35,178 nt of DNA. Origin: an uncultured Acidobacteriota bacterium. Lineage in GTDB: Bacteria; Acidobacteriota; UBA6911. Shown here one piece after another: positions 19,237 to 28,957 of this stretch. Numbering within the stretch: position 1 is the stretch's first letter; each line of letters starts with the position of its first letter. Position numbers and translations under genes: made by a program. Location: positions 1 through 35,178 of the forward strand of contig CAWHCF010000048.1 of assembly GCA_963827655.1 (NCBI GenBank), in the 5' to 3' direction. The notes under the pieces are model-generated. The model saw only the letters and a program-made list of their open reading frames with translations, had not been told where the DNA came from and ran no database searches.

Positions 19237-19265
19237 ATTGTTGGCCGGAGCGCACTTATTGTCAA
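19237..19265 (-). promoter_or_regulatory. Candidate sigma70 promoter heading the DUF1549/DUF1501/FGE cluster
   Basis: Minus strand TTGACA-17 bp-AACAAT, 25 nt upstream of the ATG. Confidence 0.5.
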
Positions 19266-19348
19266 GTAAATTGGCAGCACTGACCGCCAAGACGCGAAGA
19301 AGCACAACCGGCGCTTATGTCCGAGCTTACGAGAATTTTGTTCACGTT

Positions 19349-19565
19349 AGAAGCCAGAAGCCAGAAGTCAGGAGCAAGAAGTTAGTTGGCACTACCGAAA
19401 AGGATAACATCACGAGATGGAGTGATCTGATGCAAGCCTGATTCTGGCACACGACCTGGGTTAAGCCTCAAGAAGGAAGGATGAATCTCCTGGAGGAAGT
19501 GAGCCGCCTGCTGAATGCATATGCAAAGGGCCATTCTGGCTCCTGGCTTCTGACTCCTGGCTCCT
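19349..19565 (+). pseudogene. Four-helix-bundle (23S rRNA IVP-like) gene remnant between inverted heptamer repeats
   Basis: (AGAAGCC)n at 19349-19383 and inverted (TCCTGGC/TTCTGAC)n at 19534-19565. Between them are the fragments LILAHDLG* and MNLLEEVSRLLNAYAK/AILAPGF*, matching the family C-terminus. Confidence 0.7.
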
Positions 19566-19608
19566 ATATCCCGCACAGCGGGATATCAAGGGCGCAGCCC
19601 TTGCCTGG

Positions 19609-21844
19609 CTAGAAGATCCTGCCCAGGGCGAAGTAGAACTTCCCCCGCCCGCCTTCGGCCCAGCTGCCGCCGATGAAGATCGGGCCCACACGCGTCTCGA
19701 TGAGGAGGCCGCCGGTGCCGCTCGTGCCGTAACTGGCGGCGTCAAAATCATTGGCAGCCTTCCCGGTGTCTAACCAGCCGCCGGCGAAGACACCCCCACC
19801 GAGGAAGGACGGGAGCCGGCGAAGCAGTCGCAGGTAGCCCAGTTCACCGAACAAGTAGTGATCACCACGGAACTCCCCTCGGCCAAAACCTCCCAGGCGG
19901 AATACTCCGCCCAGCGGGAATTTCTGAAATGGCGAGGCAGTCTTGCCGAACGTCGTCCCGCCCGAGCCGGCAACAAAGAGGATGTTGCGCTCGTCGAGCG
20001 GGTAGGCGTAGACGGCTCGGGTCTCGGCCTGCGGGAAGCCCTCCTCCGCACCCGGGCTCTTGAAATACCAGTTAGCCGCACTGCGCCAGAGCAGGCCGCG
20101 GGTCGGGAACTGGGGGCTGTTCTGCCCGAAGTAATTCCAGCGGAGGGTAGCGACGCTCTCTGTGCCGCTCACGTTGGGGAGGATCGGACTGCCGATCGTC
20201 CGCTCGGCCTTGAGGTGGGCGACCGAGTAGCCCAGCCGCATCTCACTCTTCGCGCTGAGGGAGTAGCCGAGATCAAGTCCGGCCTTCGCCGTCTTCTGCT
20301 GGTATTCGGCGATCTTTCCGCCGCGCACAAACAGGTTCTGCTGCAACTTGTCGTATGAGGCATAGGGCGCTGCGAAAAAACGTCCGCCAAGCGGCCGGAA
20401 GTATTCCGTCCCAAGCAGCAGCCGCGAGCCGAGACTGAAATCGCTGCGCCATTCCGCGCCGGGGCTACCAACGTCATAGACGGTCAGGCGCCCTAGAAGA
20501 TTGACCTCGGTATCGTCCGTGGATGAGTTGTTAACCACCAATCCGATGTCGAGGAAGGGCGGGCCGTAGGTTTTCTCCTGAGCGCGGATGAGCAGGCCGG
20601 TCTTCCCATTCTCGACTATCCATCCATAGTTCAATGCATCAAACCGGCCCGTTCCCCACGCGTCTCTCAATTCGCGCTCCAGGAGCTCCGTGTCAAGCGG
20701 CTTGCCCTCCAGCTTCGTGAGGCCTTCGGTGATAGCCTCTCCGGCTTTGGACTTGGTCCCCTCGATCTTGACGAACGCCGGCGAGGCCTGCGCCTCAGGC
20801 AGGACGCGAGCTTGCCGCGCGGCAAGATGCTCCCGCCATTCGCCCTCGCTGAGGCTGAGTTTCTGCAACAGGAGCGCCTTCTGCTCGGCCCCTTTGTAGC
20901 CCAGGTCGGCGATCGCGGCGCTCGACGTGAAATCGAGCAACGTGTATCCCTCGAGATCCGGCGAGATGAGCAGGTCGGCCAACCGAATATTGCGCCTGAT
21001 GTTTTCGATGGTCGCCACGCCGCTGGTCTGGTTGAGCACCCCGAACAGGCTGTTGAGAGCCTCCTTATCGCCGAGCGGCGTCCCGATATCGACGGCGATC
21101 ACGATGTCGGCTCCCATCTGCTTTGACGACGTCGGTGGGCACGTTGTTGAGTACGCCGCCGTCGGCGAGTATCCTGTTGTCAATCTCCACCGGCGTGAAC
21201 ATGCCAGGGAGTGACATCGTCGCCCGGAGCGCGCGCGAAAGCGAGCCCTGCTTCAGGATGACAGGCTCGGCGGCAACCAGATCGGTAGCGACGCAACGGA
21301 AGGGGATGGGCAAGTTGTCGAAGCTCCCCACGTTGTCATAGGAGAGCGTCACGCGGTCGAAGACCAGGCCAATCTCCATCCCGGCGTTCATCCCCGCCGG
21401 GCGACCGATCCCGCCCTTCAGGCCGATGACGATCGGCCCCGGAAGGTAAAGACGATCTTCCTTCCTCCGGTAACTCAACTGCTGGAATATGGGGAACCCG
21501 CGCAACAGGGCGTCCCAGTCGAGGCCGCCGACCAGTTCCTGCATCGACTTGGGACTCTTCCCAGTCGCGTAAAGCCCGCCGACCAGGCCGCCCATGCTGG
21601 TCCCCGCGATATAGTCAACCGGGATGCGGTGCTCCTCGAACCACTTGAGGACGCCTATGTGCGCAAAGCCGCGAGCCCCGCCGCCACTCAGGGCCAGGCC
21701 GATCTTCGGCCGCTTCTGCGGGCTGGCCTCCCGGGCCGAAGGGAGGACGGGCGAGAGGCCGCCCAGCACGCCGGCCGCGGTCAGGATGAGGATCACACGA
21801 AACAGGCGAAGCTGAACGAAGCCAGCGAAATGGTTCATCCCCAT
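19609..21844 (-). CDS. Patatin-like phospholipase fused to POTRA and an Omp85-like beta-barrel (PlpD-like, type Vd); +1 frameshift at about 21123
   Basis: LSGGGARG, GTSMG, DGG patatin motifs. Frames join as VPTDVVKQMGADIVIAVD when one A is removed. C-terminal barrel has FPLGG and ends in LGRIF. Confidence 0.88.
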
Positions 21845-21868
21845 ACTCCCGTCATCAGGTCCAGGGCG

Positions 21869-21956
21869 GGCAAGATTCTTGGTGTTTCTTCGCGTCTTTG
21901 AGTCTTAGTGGTATCGTTAGACAGCTCTAACCACGAAGACACGAAGAAACACCAAG
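21869..21956. repeat. Full palindromic copy of the 9-bp-periodic element (type A)
   Basis: cttggtgtttcttcgcgtctttgagtcttagtggtatc-gttagacagctctaac-cacgaagacacgaagaaacaccaag. Confidence 0.9.
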
Positions 21957-21963
21957 CAGTTAT

Positions 21964-22797
21964 CTACCCCGTGTGTTTGACCAGCAGAACTTCGTTACCC
22001 GTTTCGTTGTAAATCAACTCATCGACGAGTTGCGAAGCGATCAAAATACCAAATCCTCCCGGTCGCATCCCGAGGCTTTCGCGGTACGGGATGTGCGTCA
22101 GGGGATCGCTGGATGGGCTGACAGCGGCTACCTGCTCCAACATGTCCCGCTGGAATCCGAAACCCGGGTCTCGGAAATGATAGACAATGGCGCGTTCGGT
22201 GCGGACTGCCGTCACTTCGATAACCTTTTCCGGATCGAAGCCCGCCCCGTGCTCCATCGCGTTGAACAACATTTCCCGGAAGGCGATGAGCAACTCGTCC
22301 CTCTCCCCCTCGGGAATGTCTCTTCGCATTTCCGCCATGAAGTGCACCAGGCGGTCGGCCGTCAACTGGTGGCAGGCCACTCGCAGCGAAATCCAATCGC
22401 GCCGCGCCGAGAGCACTTCGATGCTGTGGCGCCAGTCGGACGCCTCCAGAGCCTCAACCATCATGTCTGCGATTTCCGCATAGTTGAAAGGAGCGCCGAA
22501 GATGGCAAAAACCTCCTGGCGCAATGCTGCGATGATATCCTCGGGAGTCGCTTCCGGGGCGAGTATAAACGTCCGCAATCCCGGCCGGATGCGGCGCATC
22601 TCGGCCAGTAATGCCAGATCTTCTTCGACCGAAGTTCGCGGATCGGTGATTACCTGGTCGAAAACCCGAAGCCGCAACCGCTGCAGAGCTTCTGCGCTTC
22701 CCGAGGCGCTCACGATTTCGCATTCCCGCAACTGCGGGGTCTGGGCGAGTCGGGCCTTAAGGCCAGGCTCATCACCGATCATCAAGATTCGCTTCAT
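21964..22797 (-). CDS. Receiver-like domain fused to HATPase_c_2 (RsbW/SpoIIAB-type kinase)
   Basis: N-terminal REC fold (RILMI...AEALQRL...DQVITD). C-terminal FREMLFNAMEHG, RDPGFGF, RPGGFGILIASQLVDELIYNETGN. Confidence 0.85.
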   Translation of the reverse strand: MKRILMIGDEPGLKARLAQTPQLRECEIVSASGSAEALQRLRLRVFDQVITDPRTSVEEDLALLAEMRRIRPGLRTFILAPEATPEDIIAALRQEVFAIFGAPFNYAEIADMMVEALEASDWRHSIEVLSARRDWISLRVACHQLTADRLVHFMAEMRRDIPEGERDELLIAFREMLFNAMEHGAGFDPEKVIEVTAVRTERAIVYHFRDPGFGFQRDMLEQVAAVSPSSDPLTHIPYRESLGMRPGGFGILIASQLVDELIYNETGNEVLLVKHTG

Positions 22798-22881
22798 AGC
22801 TGACGGTGCCAAAACCTCCACAATTGATCGCAGGAAGCGTTCGCCCCATCGGGCGCAACTCCTTCGGGCAGGGAAGTCCGC

Positions 22882-24384
22882 TCACGGCTTGGCGGACTGA
22901 TCTGCGATAACGATCTCCACGCGGCGATTCTTCTGTCGACCCGCGGCCGTATTGTTATCGGCCATTGGCTGCGTCTTGCCCAGGCCCTCCGTGGTGATAA
23001 GCTCCGGCCTGACACCAGCCTTTTCCAGATATTCTCTGACGGAGCCGGCGCGTTGTTCCGAGAGTTTCAGATTGAATTCGTCACCCCCCACGCTGTCGGT
23101 ATGCCCTTCGACTTTAAGGGTGACCCCCTGGGCAACCATCAGGACGCCGGCAATGCGGCTGATCACTTCCCGGGCTTCCGGGCGCAACGTGGATTTGCCG
23201 GTGTCAAACAGGATATCGGGCAAGTTAACGATCAGCCCGCGGGCGGTCGAGCGGGTTTCCGCGATCTGTCCCAGCGCCTGAGCCATCCGATTCTTGGCCT
23301 CTTCCCGTTCCCGGGTGGCCCGAGCGGCTTCCTCCGCTGCCCTGGCCGCCGCAGCCTCCGCCTCGCGGCGTCGAGCGGCTTCTTCGGACGCCTTGCGAGC
23401 GCTTTCGGCCTGGGCCTTCCGGTTCTCTTCTTCCCGGCGCGCCGCCTCTTCGGCGGCGAGTCGCGCTGCCTCCTTGCGTTGGGCGGCTTCCTCGGTGGCC
23501 CGGCGTTGGGCTTCAGCCGCGTCTGCAGCGAGCCGCGCCCTCTCCGCCTCGTCGGCCTTCTTCTTCTCCGCGATTCGGGCTTCTTCGGCTTGCGTTTGCG
23601 CCTCAAACGCTAACCGGACCGCCTCTTTGCCCAGAATCGCCACCTGTCTCTTGTCCACCCGCCCTTTTTCCGACTCCTCGGCCTTGCGCAATGACACCCT
23701 GGCTTCTGTCAACTTCACCAACGCATATTTTTCTGCCTGGGCGCGTTCGGCAAGTTCCACGGCTTTTTGAGCCTGAAGCAACTCCGTCCGCATTTCGCTT
23801 TTGGCTTCCAGTTCCCTGGGAATGGTCTCGCGGACGAACTTATAGTCAGCTTCGGCCCCTTGGAAGCGAATCTTTGAGGTTTGCGCCGGCGTCCTTAGAT
23901 CGCTCTTGAGCTCCGTATTTACCATCACGACAAACCGGCTTGGCGTCCGCACCATGTAGTGAGGCTCGGCTGTGATAAACATTCCGAAGGTTTGGAGCCG
24001 GCTTGTGACGTCAAGCTTGCCGCGGTTGCCCTCCAGGACGAACTCGCCGACGTTGGTCGCGAATCCCTCGGGAGAGACTGTCCAAAACACATAGGTGGCG
24101 AAATCACCCCCGAAAAGCAAGGCGGGCCGCATTTCATCCAGTTCAATCTCGATTTCGGTGGTGCCCTGCTTTCGCTCGACCTTGGCCTCACCCTCGGCCC
24201 TTTCCAGACGAGACGTTCCCATCAGCTTGACGGAAACCGTCTTACCTTCCGGGTAGGTCACCGCCATGATGTCTTGTACCGCAAGTTCTGGAGCCTGGCT
24301 GGTGGCCTGGCCAAGAGCCAATGTCCCGGGAAGTGCCGCAAGCACCAGGCACAATCCAAATCCAAAGCAACGACGGACAATCAT
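22882..24384 (-). CDS. OmpA family peptidoglycan-binding protein with long Ala/Glu/Arg coiled coil
   Basis: Signal peptide; C-terminal ILFDTGKSTL, VEGHTDSVG, NLKLSEQRA, GRQKNRRVEI. Confidence 0.93.
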   Translation of the reverse strand: MIVRRCFGFGLCLVLAALPGTLALGQATSQAPELAVQDIMAVTYPEGKTVSVKLMGTSRLERAEGEAKVERKQGTTEIEIELDEMRPALLFGGDFATYVFWTVSPEGFATNVGEFVLEGNRGKLDVTSRLQTFGMFITAEPHYMVRTPSRFVVMVNTELKSDLRTPAQTSKIRFQGAEADYKFVRETIPRELEAKSEMRTELLQAQKAVELAERAQAEKYALVKLTEARVSLRKAEESEKGRVDKRQVAILGKEAVRLAFEAQTQAEEARIAEKKKADEAERARLAADAAEAQRRATEEAAQRKEAARLAAEEAARREEENRKAQAESARKASEEAARRREAEAAAARAAEEAARATREREEAKNRMAQALGQIAETRSTARGLIVNLPDILFDTGKSTLRPEAREVISRIAGVLMVAQGVTLKVEGHTDSVGGDEFNLKLSEQRAGSVREYLEKAGVRPELITTEGLGKTQPMADNNTAAGRQKNRRVEIVIADQSAKP

Positions 24385-24430
24385 CTCGGATCTCCTTTCA
24401 CAAACAAAAAAGCCACGAGTCAGCTGTCAG

Positions 24431-24540
24431 CTTAGTGTTTCTTGGTGTCTTCGTGTCTTCGTGGTTAGGGCTGTCTAAATCAAATACCGCTAGGACTCAA
24501 AGACACGAAGAAACACCAAGAAACTTGCCAAAAAAGCCAA
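24431..24540. repeat. Full palindromic copy of the 9-bp-periodic element (type A, inverted orientation)
   Basis: Reverse complement aligns along its length with 32514-32621, including the ttttttggca tail. Confidence 0.9.
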
Positions 24541-24545
24541 AGCGC

Positions 24546-25907
24546 TCACGCGGCATCCGCCTGAGGGACCTGCTGTTCTGTGAGGCCGCGATAGTGTCTA
24601 AGCAAAAGTACTCCCACCCCTAGCCATGCCAGGCAAATTACGACGTTGGCGCCGGCAAAGCCCCGGGGCCCGAACTCGAGGAAGGTCGTCCCGACAAACA
24701 CCAGTCCTGCCGCGGCCATATCTCCGACCCTGACGATGAACGTATCGGCCGCCTGCTTCGCCTTGTATTTCTCCTCGCGGCTGGTCGGCAACCACAGCAT
24801 CTGACGCGCCGTATTCATGATTGAATAGTCGGTAGCGTTCTCCGCGACCTTGGCGACCCTGACCAGAGCCAGGGTTGCTCCGGCAACCACCATGCTGTAC
24901 GAACTGAGGGCTACGACCGGGAGGGCCAGCAGAGCACCCGCAATCCCCAGATATTTGACGATGCGCGAAACCAGGAGAGCCTGGATGATTACGCTGAGGA
25001 TGTTCACCGACAGAAGGTAACGCCCATAAAATCCGCCCAGGAAGGCCTCTTTATTGAAGGAGGGATCAGCAGCCCCCCGGGCCGCCGCTTCTTCGAGAAC
25101 ATACTTATCCAGGACATACTGTCCGGTCGTGTTTACCAGGTTAAGAAGAATCAAGAGCAGACAGATCAACCGCAGGTATGGGCTCCTGGCTAAAAGAAGG
25201 AATCCTCCCTCGCCTGCTTTCAGCCTGGTCCCACGGGCGCCCCGCTGTCTACTTTGCCCCTGGCGGCGCTCCACCATCCAATAAATTCCCATTGTCGCCA
25301 ACAGAACCACGGCCGTGATTTGAAGCATGGTGTAGGAGGGCACGCCACTCGAGAAGAGGCGCTCGGCGAGCAAGGAGCCGACGGGGCTGCCCAGTGTGGC
25401 GCCAATCCCGATGATGGGAAAGAGACGTTCACCGGCGGTTACAGGATAGATATCGTTCCCGTAGGACCAGAACTGGGCAATGATGGCGTTGTTGAAAATC
25501 CCCACCCAGATGAAGAAGGCGACTCCCACATAAGGAACACCCATCTTGACCAACAGCCAGAACAGCTCGACATTCAGAATGAAAAACAGCGTGACGCCGA
25601 AGATCAGCCGGACCCGATCCACCCTGGAGGCGAACCAGCTGTAGAGCGGGATGAATCCCATCAGGACCAGAGCCTGCCCGGCTGCGGCATAGGATTTCAC
25701 CTCAGCCCCGCCACCCGAAAGGATGAGGGGTTCGCGTACGGTTTTGCAGATGTAGTAGCCCGCCAGGATCAAAAAAATGTTGAGCAGCATTAACAGCACG
25801 GTGACTGTCTCGCCGGCTCTCACATCTCCAAACAGGCTCAAGAAGCCTGTCTTCGGCTTTATTTCGGACTTTGGGGCTTCAGGGTTCGTCATCTTGATTC
25901 CCATCAA
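24546..25907 (-). CDS. NTT/TLC-like (ATP/ADP translocase-related) MFS transporter
   Basis: AGYYICKTVREPLIL, FFIWVGIF...QFWSYGND...ERLFPIIG, DYSIMNTARQMLWLPTSREEKYKAKQAADTFIVRVGD; about 12 hydrophobic segments. Confidence 0.85.
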   Translation of the reverse strand: MMGIKMTNPEAPKSEIKPKTGFLSLFGDVRAGETVTVLLMLLNIFLILAGYYICKTVREPLILSGGGAEVKSYAAAGQALVLMGFIPLYSWFASRVDRVRLIFGVTLFFILNVELFWLLVKMGVPYVGVAFFIWVGIFNNAIIAQFWSYGNDIYPVTAGERLFPIIGIGATLGSPVGSLLAERLFSSGVPSYTMLQITAVVLLATMGIYWMVERRQGQSRQRGARGTRLKAGEGGFLLLARSPYLRLICLLLILLNLVNTTGQYVLDKYVLEEAAARGAADPSFNKEAFLGGFYGRYLLSVNILSVIIQALLVSRIVKYLGIAGALLALPVVALSSYSMVVAGATLALVRVAKVAENATDYSIMNTARQMLWLPTSREEKYKAKQAADTFIVRVGDMAAAGLVFVGTTFLEFGPRGFAGANVVICLAWLGVGVLLLRHYRGLTEQQVPQADAA

Positions 25908-26462
25908 AATGGTTCACGAGGCAAGAGTCCCCGAGCGTCACACCGGCCGCCAGCCAACTTTCAACTTCTCTTGTCCCTTCAAGCCAAACCAAACCGACCC
26001 CAGCGAAGATCGGGCAGACTAGACCGATATGAAAACATGATTTTGTTGAGCCCGGCTCCAAGCGCTTGGTGAAGGCCTGCCACCCAGACAAATCGTGCTT
26101 CCGGCCGCACGAACAACCAGCCCACAACCCCCATCCCCGTGACCAAGAAGCCTCCGCTCATCACGGTCCCCCGCCTTCAACCTGTCCACCAGATGACCCA
26201 CGAGGGGCCCAGCAAAGCGGTCGTGAGGGTCCAGAGCATCATTTGCAGCGACGCGAGCGCCGGAAGGCTTTTCAGAATGACCTGAAAATAGGACAAAAGC
26301 AAGAGGCTTGCGCCCGAGCATGATCCCGGTAAAACGATGCCGACTGCTATCGCGAGCGGGAAGTCTCAGGATGAGTATCAAGTCTAATGGCAACGAAGAC
26401 AGACCCGGGACGGGACCTGGCCTAACTCGGCATTTCGCTTGATCGGAGTGCAGGCGTTGGAG

Positions 26463-26500
26463 AAAAGGCCCGGCAAGGCAAATAAGGCGGCCGGGCCTTT
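26463..26500 (-). terminator. Intrinsic terminator (possibly bidirectional)
   Basis: AAAGGCCCGGC-N15-GCCGGGCCTTT stem with a T-run, immediately after the stop of the small ORF at 26501-26614. Confidence 0.7.
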
Positions 26501-26614
26501 CTATTTTGCGGTACGGACAGGTCGCGCTTCGGTTCGGGCCAAACCCGCCGAAGCGGATTTAACGGTTGTGGGCGTCGCCACATATTTGAGGTGGGCATCG
26601 ATGGGAAAAAGCAT
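26501..26614 (-). CDS. Putative 37-aa small protein
   Basis: GAAGGAGAG RBS, ATG, MLFPIDAHLKYVATPTTVKSASAGLARTEARPVRTAK*, directly followed by the terminator. Too short for the ORF track. Confidence 0.45.
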   Translation of the reverse strand: MLFPIDAHLKYVATPTTVKSASAGLARTEARPVRTAK

Positions 26615-27482
26615 CTGCTCTCTCTCCTTCGTTGAACTCAGAATAACCGGATCAATGATCGTTAGGGAATCCGGTAGATCTGGTATTCGGGCAGAAAAGA
26701 ATTCGTACTCCGACTAAGTAGAGCTGGTATATCCTTTGCGGAGAAATCGTCTCAGTGTTTCCTGGACTCGCGGTGTGATTACTTGGTGTCTTCGTAGTGA
26801 TCCTTGTAGCCTCCAGCAAAATACCGATGACTTTACTGTGAACCCACAATCGATTGCCAGGTATCATTGGCCCGGATACCAAATCTACTCGATTCCATGG
26901 TAAAGGGCCTTTTATCTATTCTCATTTTCCGCCGGAGGACGACACCTGACCCCTCTCTGTCGCCGCCAGAGAACTTGGACCGCCAGGCGGTGGTGTTCCA
27001 AAGCTCGGGAGAGAAGGCGTCGGCAAGACTGTCCTCCTGACGGCTGGAGCGGGAGAATACATACTGGAAGCGGGTCGCAGTCACCGCACAGCTGTCGTCG
27101 TCGCCCTGGGGGCGACAGAAACGCATGTTTGGCCAATCGCACGAACCGTGGACGGCTCCGGCGAATGTAAGGTGGATCGGGTCGGAAGGTTTCAACCGAC
27201 CTTCATTTCATCGAGCTACCCAAACCCTGATAGAAAGCGCGAAAACGGCTTTCTCGAGAGGGTATAACCTGGCTGGTAACGCTCTCGCGCTTCGCGCCGG
27301 CGGCAAGCTGCTCGTGGGGTTGAATCTCCCGATCGCAAGCGGGCGTGCCGGTACACTGCAATTGAAGTGATGGTAAAAGGAAGCTCAATGATCGGCTTTC
27401 CCCTCAATTTTCTTGCATCGCGCGAGCGAAGTCGAACCGTTTAACCGCGATCTGACAAATGAGTCGGATCCGAGGAGGAGTT

Positions 27483-27967
27483 ATGAATCGTTTTCTTTCG
27501 GTTGGGATGATCGTTTGTTGGGTGCTTGCGACCGTGGCGCTTTACGGTCAGGCAAAGTCAGGCAAGGAGGGACAGATTGAGCTTAGCCGGCAGATCATCC
27601 AGATGAGACGTCAGGAGATCGTGAATCAGATGATGACGCTGACCAAAGAGGAAAGCGAACCGTTCCGGCAGCTCTACGAAGAGTGGCGCGGCAAGCAGGC
27701 GGGACTGGGAGACCGCAAGGTCACTTTGATCACCCAGCTGGGAGAGAACTTCGGCGATCTGACCGACGAAAAGCAAAGCCGATGCTGGACGAGTGGATGA
27801 AGATCCAGGAAGACGAGCTGCAGTTGAAAAAGGAATACGTGAAGAAATTCCGCAAGATCTTGCCTGAGCGGAAGGTAGCGCGGTTCTTTCAACTCGAAAG
27901 CAAGATGGACGCGGCGGTAGCCTACGATCTGGCCGGCAAAGTTCTGATGGTCGAGGTGGCCAAGTAG
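27483..27967 (+). CDS. Exported alpha-helical conserved hypothetical protein; -1 frameshift at aaaa 27769-27772
   Basis: GAGGAGGAG RBS and signal peptide. Frames join as LTDEKAKPMLDEW...KKEYVKKFRKILPERKVARFFQLE. Confidence 0.8.
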
Positions 27968-28239
27968 CGACGCTTCGCTTTCCTGGAGTCTTAACCGGAC
28001 GTCGTGGCGGACCTCACCAGGCACAAATCTACCTGATTGAATACAGAGAGTTGTTTGTCTATCCTGGTCTCCAGGAGCCGAGAGGAAAAACTGAGTCCTT
28101 GGCTTAGTGATCAGGGTCATGTCCGGCAGCGATGCCCGCAGCTCGGTCGAGCTCTCAAGGAAGCGTAACGGCCAGGAGCGCCGCAATCAATCATCGACGT
28201 TAACGTCTCACGAACACGTTTTATGAGGAGGGAAGTCCA

Positions 28240-28917
28240 ATGAAAAAACTGTGGCTTTTAGTAATCGGGATGGTTTTGTATGCAGCAACGGCGTTTGCCG
28301 ACGAGGTGAGCGAAAGGCTCCAGGCCGCCGCCACGGTCATGGACGAAATCATGGCCGCCCCTGATAAGGGTATTCCCGGCGATGTCCTGGACAAGGCGGA
28401 CTGCGTCGCGATCATTCCCGGAATGAAGAAGGGAGGATTTATCGTAGGGGGCAGATACGGCAGAGGGGCGGTGAGCTGCCGGAACAAGGACCAGACGGCC
28501 TGGGAAGCTCCGGTCATGCTTGCGCTCGAAGGCGGCAGCGTGGGTTTGCAGATCGGCGCCTCCTCGACGGACGTGGTGTTGCTCATCATGGAAAGAAGCG
28601 GCCTCGACAGCTTGATGAAAGACAAGGTGACATTGGGCGGGGACGCCTCGGTGGCGGGCGGTCCGGTGGGACGAAGCGCCACGGCCCAGACGGACGCCAT
28701 GATGAAGGCCAAGATCCTCAGTTATTCGCGCAGCCAGGGGGTCTTCGCGGGATTGGAGCTCGCAGGATCAACCCTGCGCCCGGATAAAGACGACAACAAG
28801 GCGTTGTATGGAAAACCGATCGAGGCCAAAGACATCCTGATCGGCAAGCCAACTATTCCGAGCGCCGCACAACCGGTCATCGAGGCCCTCACCAAGTATT
28901 CTCCCAAGGGAAAATAG
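28240..28917 (+). CDS. Lipid-binding SYLF (Ysc84) domain protein
   Basis: IPGMKKGGFIVGGRYGRG, GGSVGLQIG, LGGDASVAGGPVGR, SYSRSQGVFAG. Strong RBS and signal peptide. Confidence 0.93.
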   Translation: MKKLWLLVIGMVLYAATAFADEVSERLQAAATVMDEIMAAPDKGIPGDVLDKADCVAIIPGMKKGGFIVGGRYGRGAVSCRNKDQTAWEAPVMLALEGGSVGLQIGASSTDVVLLIMERSGLDSLMKDKVTLGGDASVAGGPVGRSATAQTDAMMKAKILSYSRSQGVFAGLELAGSTLRPDKDDNKALYGKPIEAKDILIGKPTIPSAAQPVIEALTKYSPKGK

Positions 28918-28957
28918 ATCCGGGTCGAGGCGACGCCGGCGCCGGCGAGAGGTCGAC

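Noticed and set aside
21110-21135. Programmed ribosomal frameshift or phase variation in the patatin gene
   Set aside because: The run is only 3 nt with no slippery heptamer, and similar indels occur across unrelated genes.
21916-21931. GTTAGAC...CTCTAAC in the element core as integron core sites
   Set aside because: The order is reversed relative to attC and there are no L boxes; it is simply the centre of the palindrome.
21869-21956. Nonamer element as a CRISPR array
   Set aside because: No repeat-spacer periodicity, copies are dispersed singly, and there are no cas genes.
23294-23620. Repetitive GCC/GAA-rich DNA as a tandem repeat
   Set aside because: Explained by the Ala/Glu/Arg coiled coil of the OmpA protein.
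27005-27045. Walker A-like GREGVGKT on the plus strand
   Set aside because: No start codon after the upstream stop, no hydrophobic strand before it and no Walker B; probably chance.
26833-27407. Short minus-strand ORFs as real genes
   Set aside because: No RBS or recognisable motifs; may be decayed coding sequence but cannot be supported.
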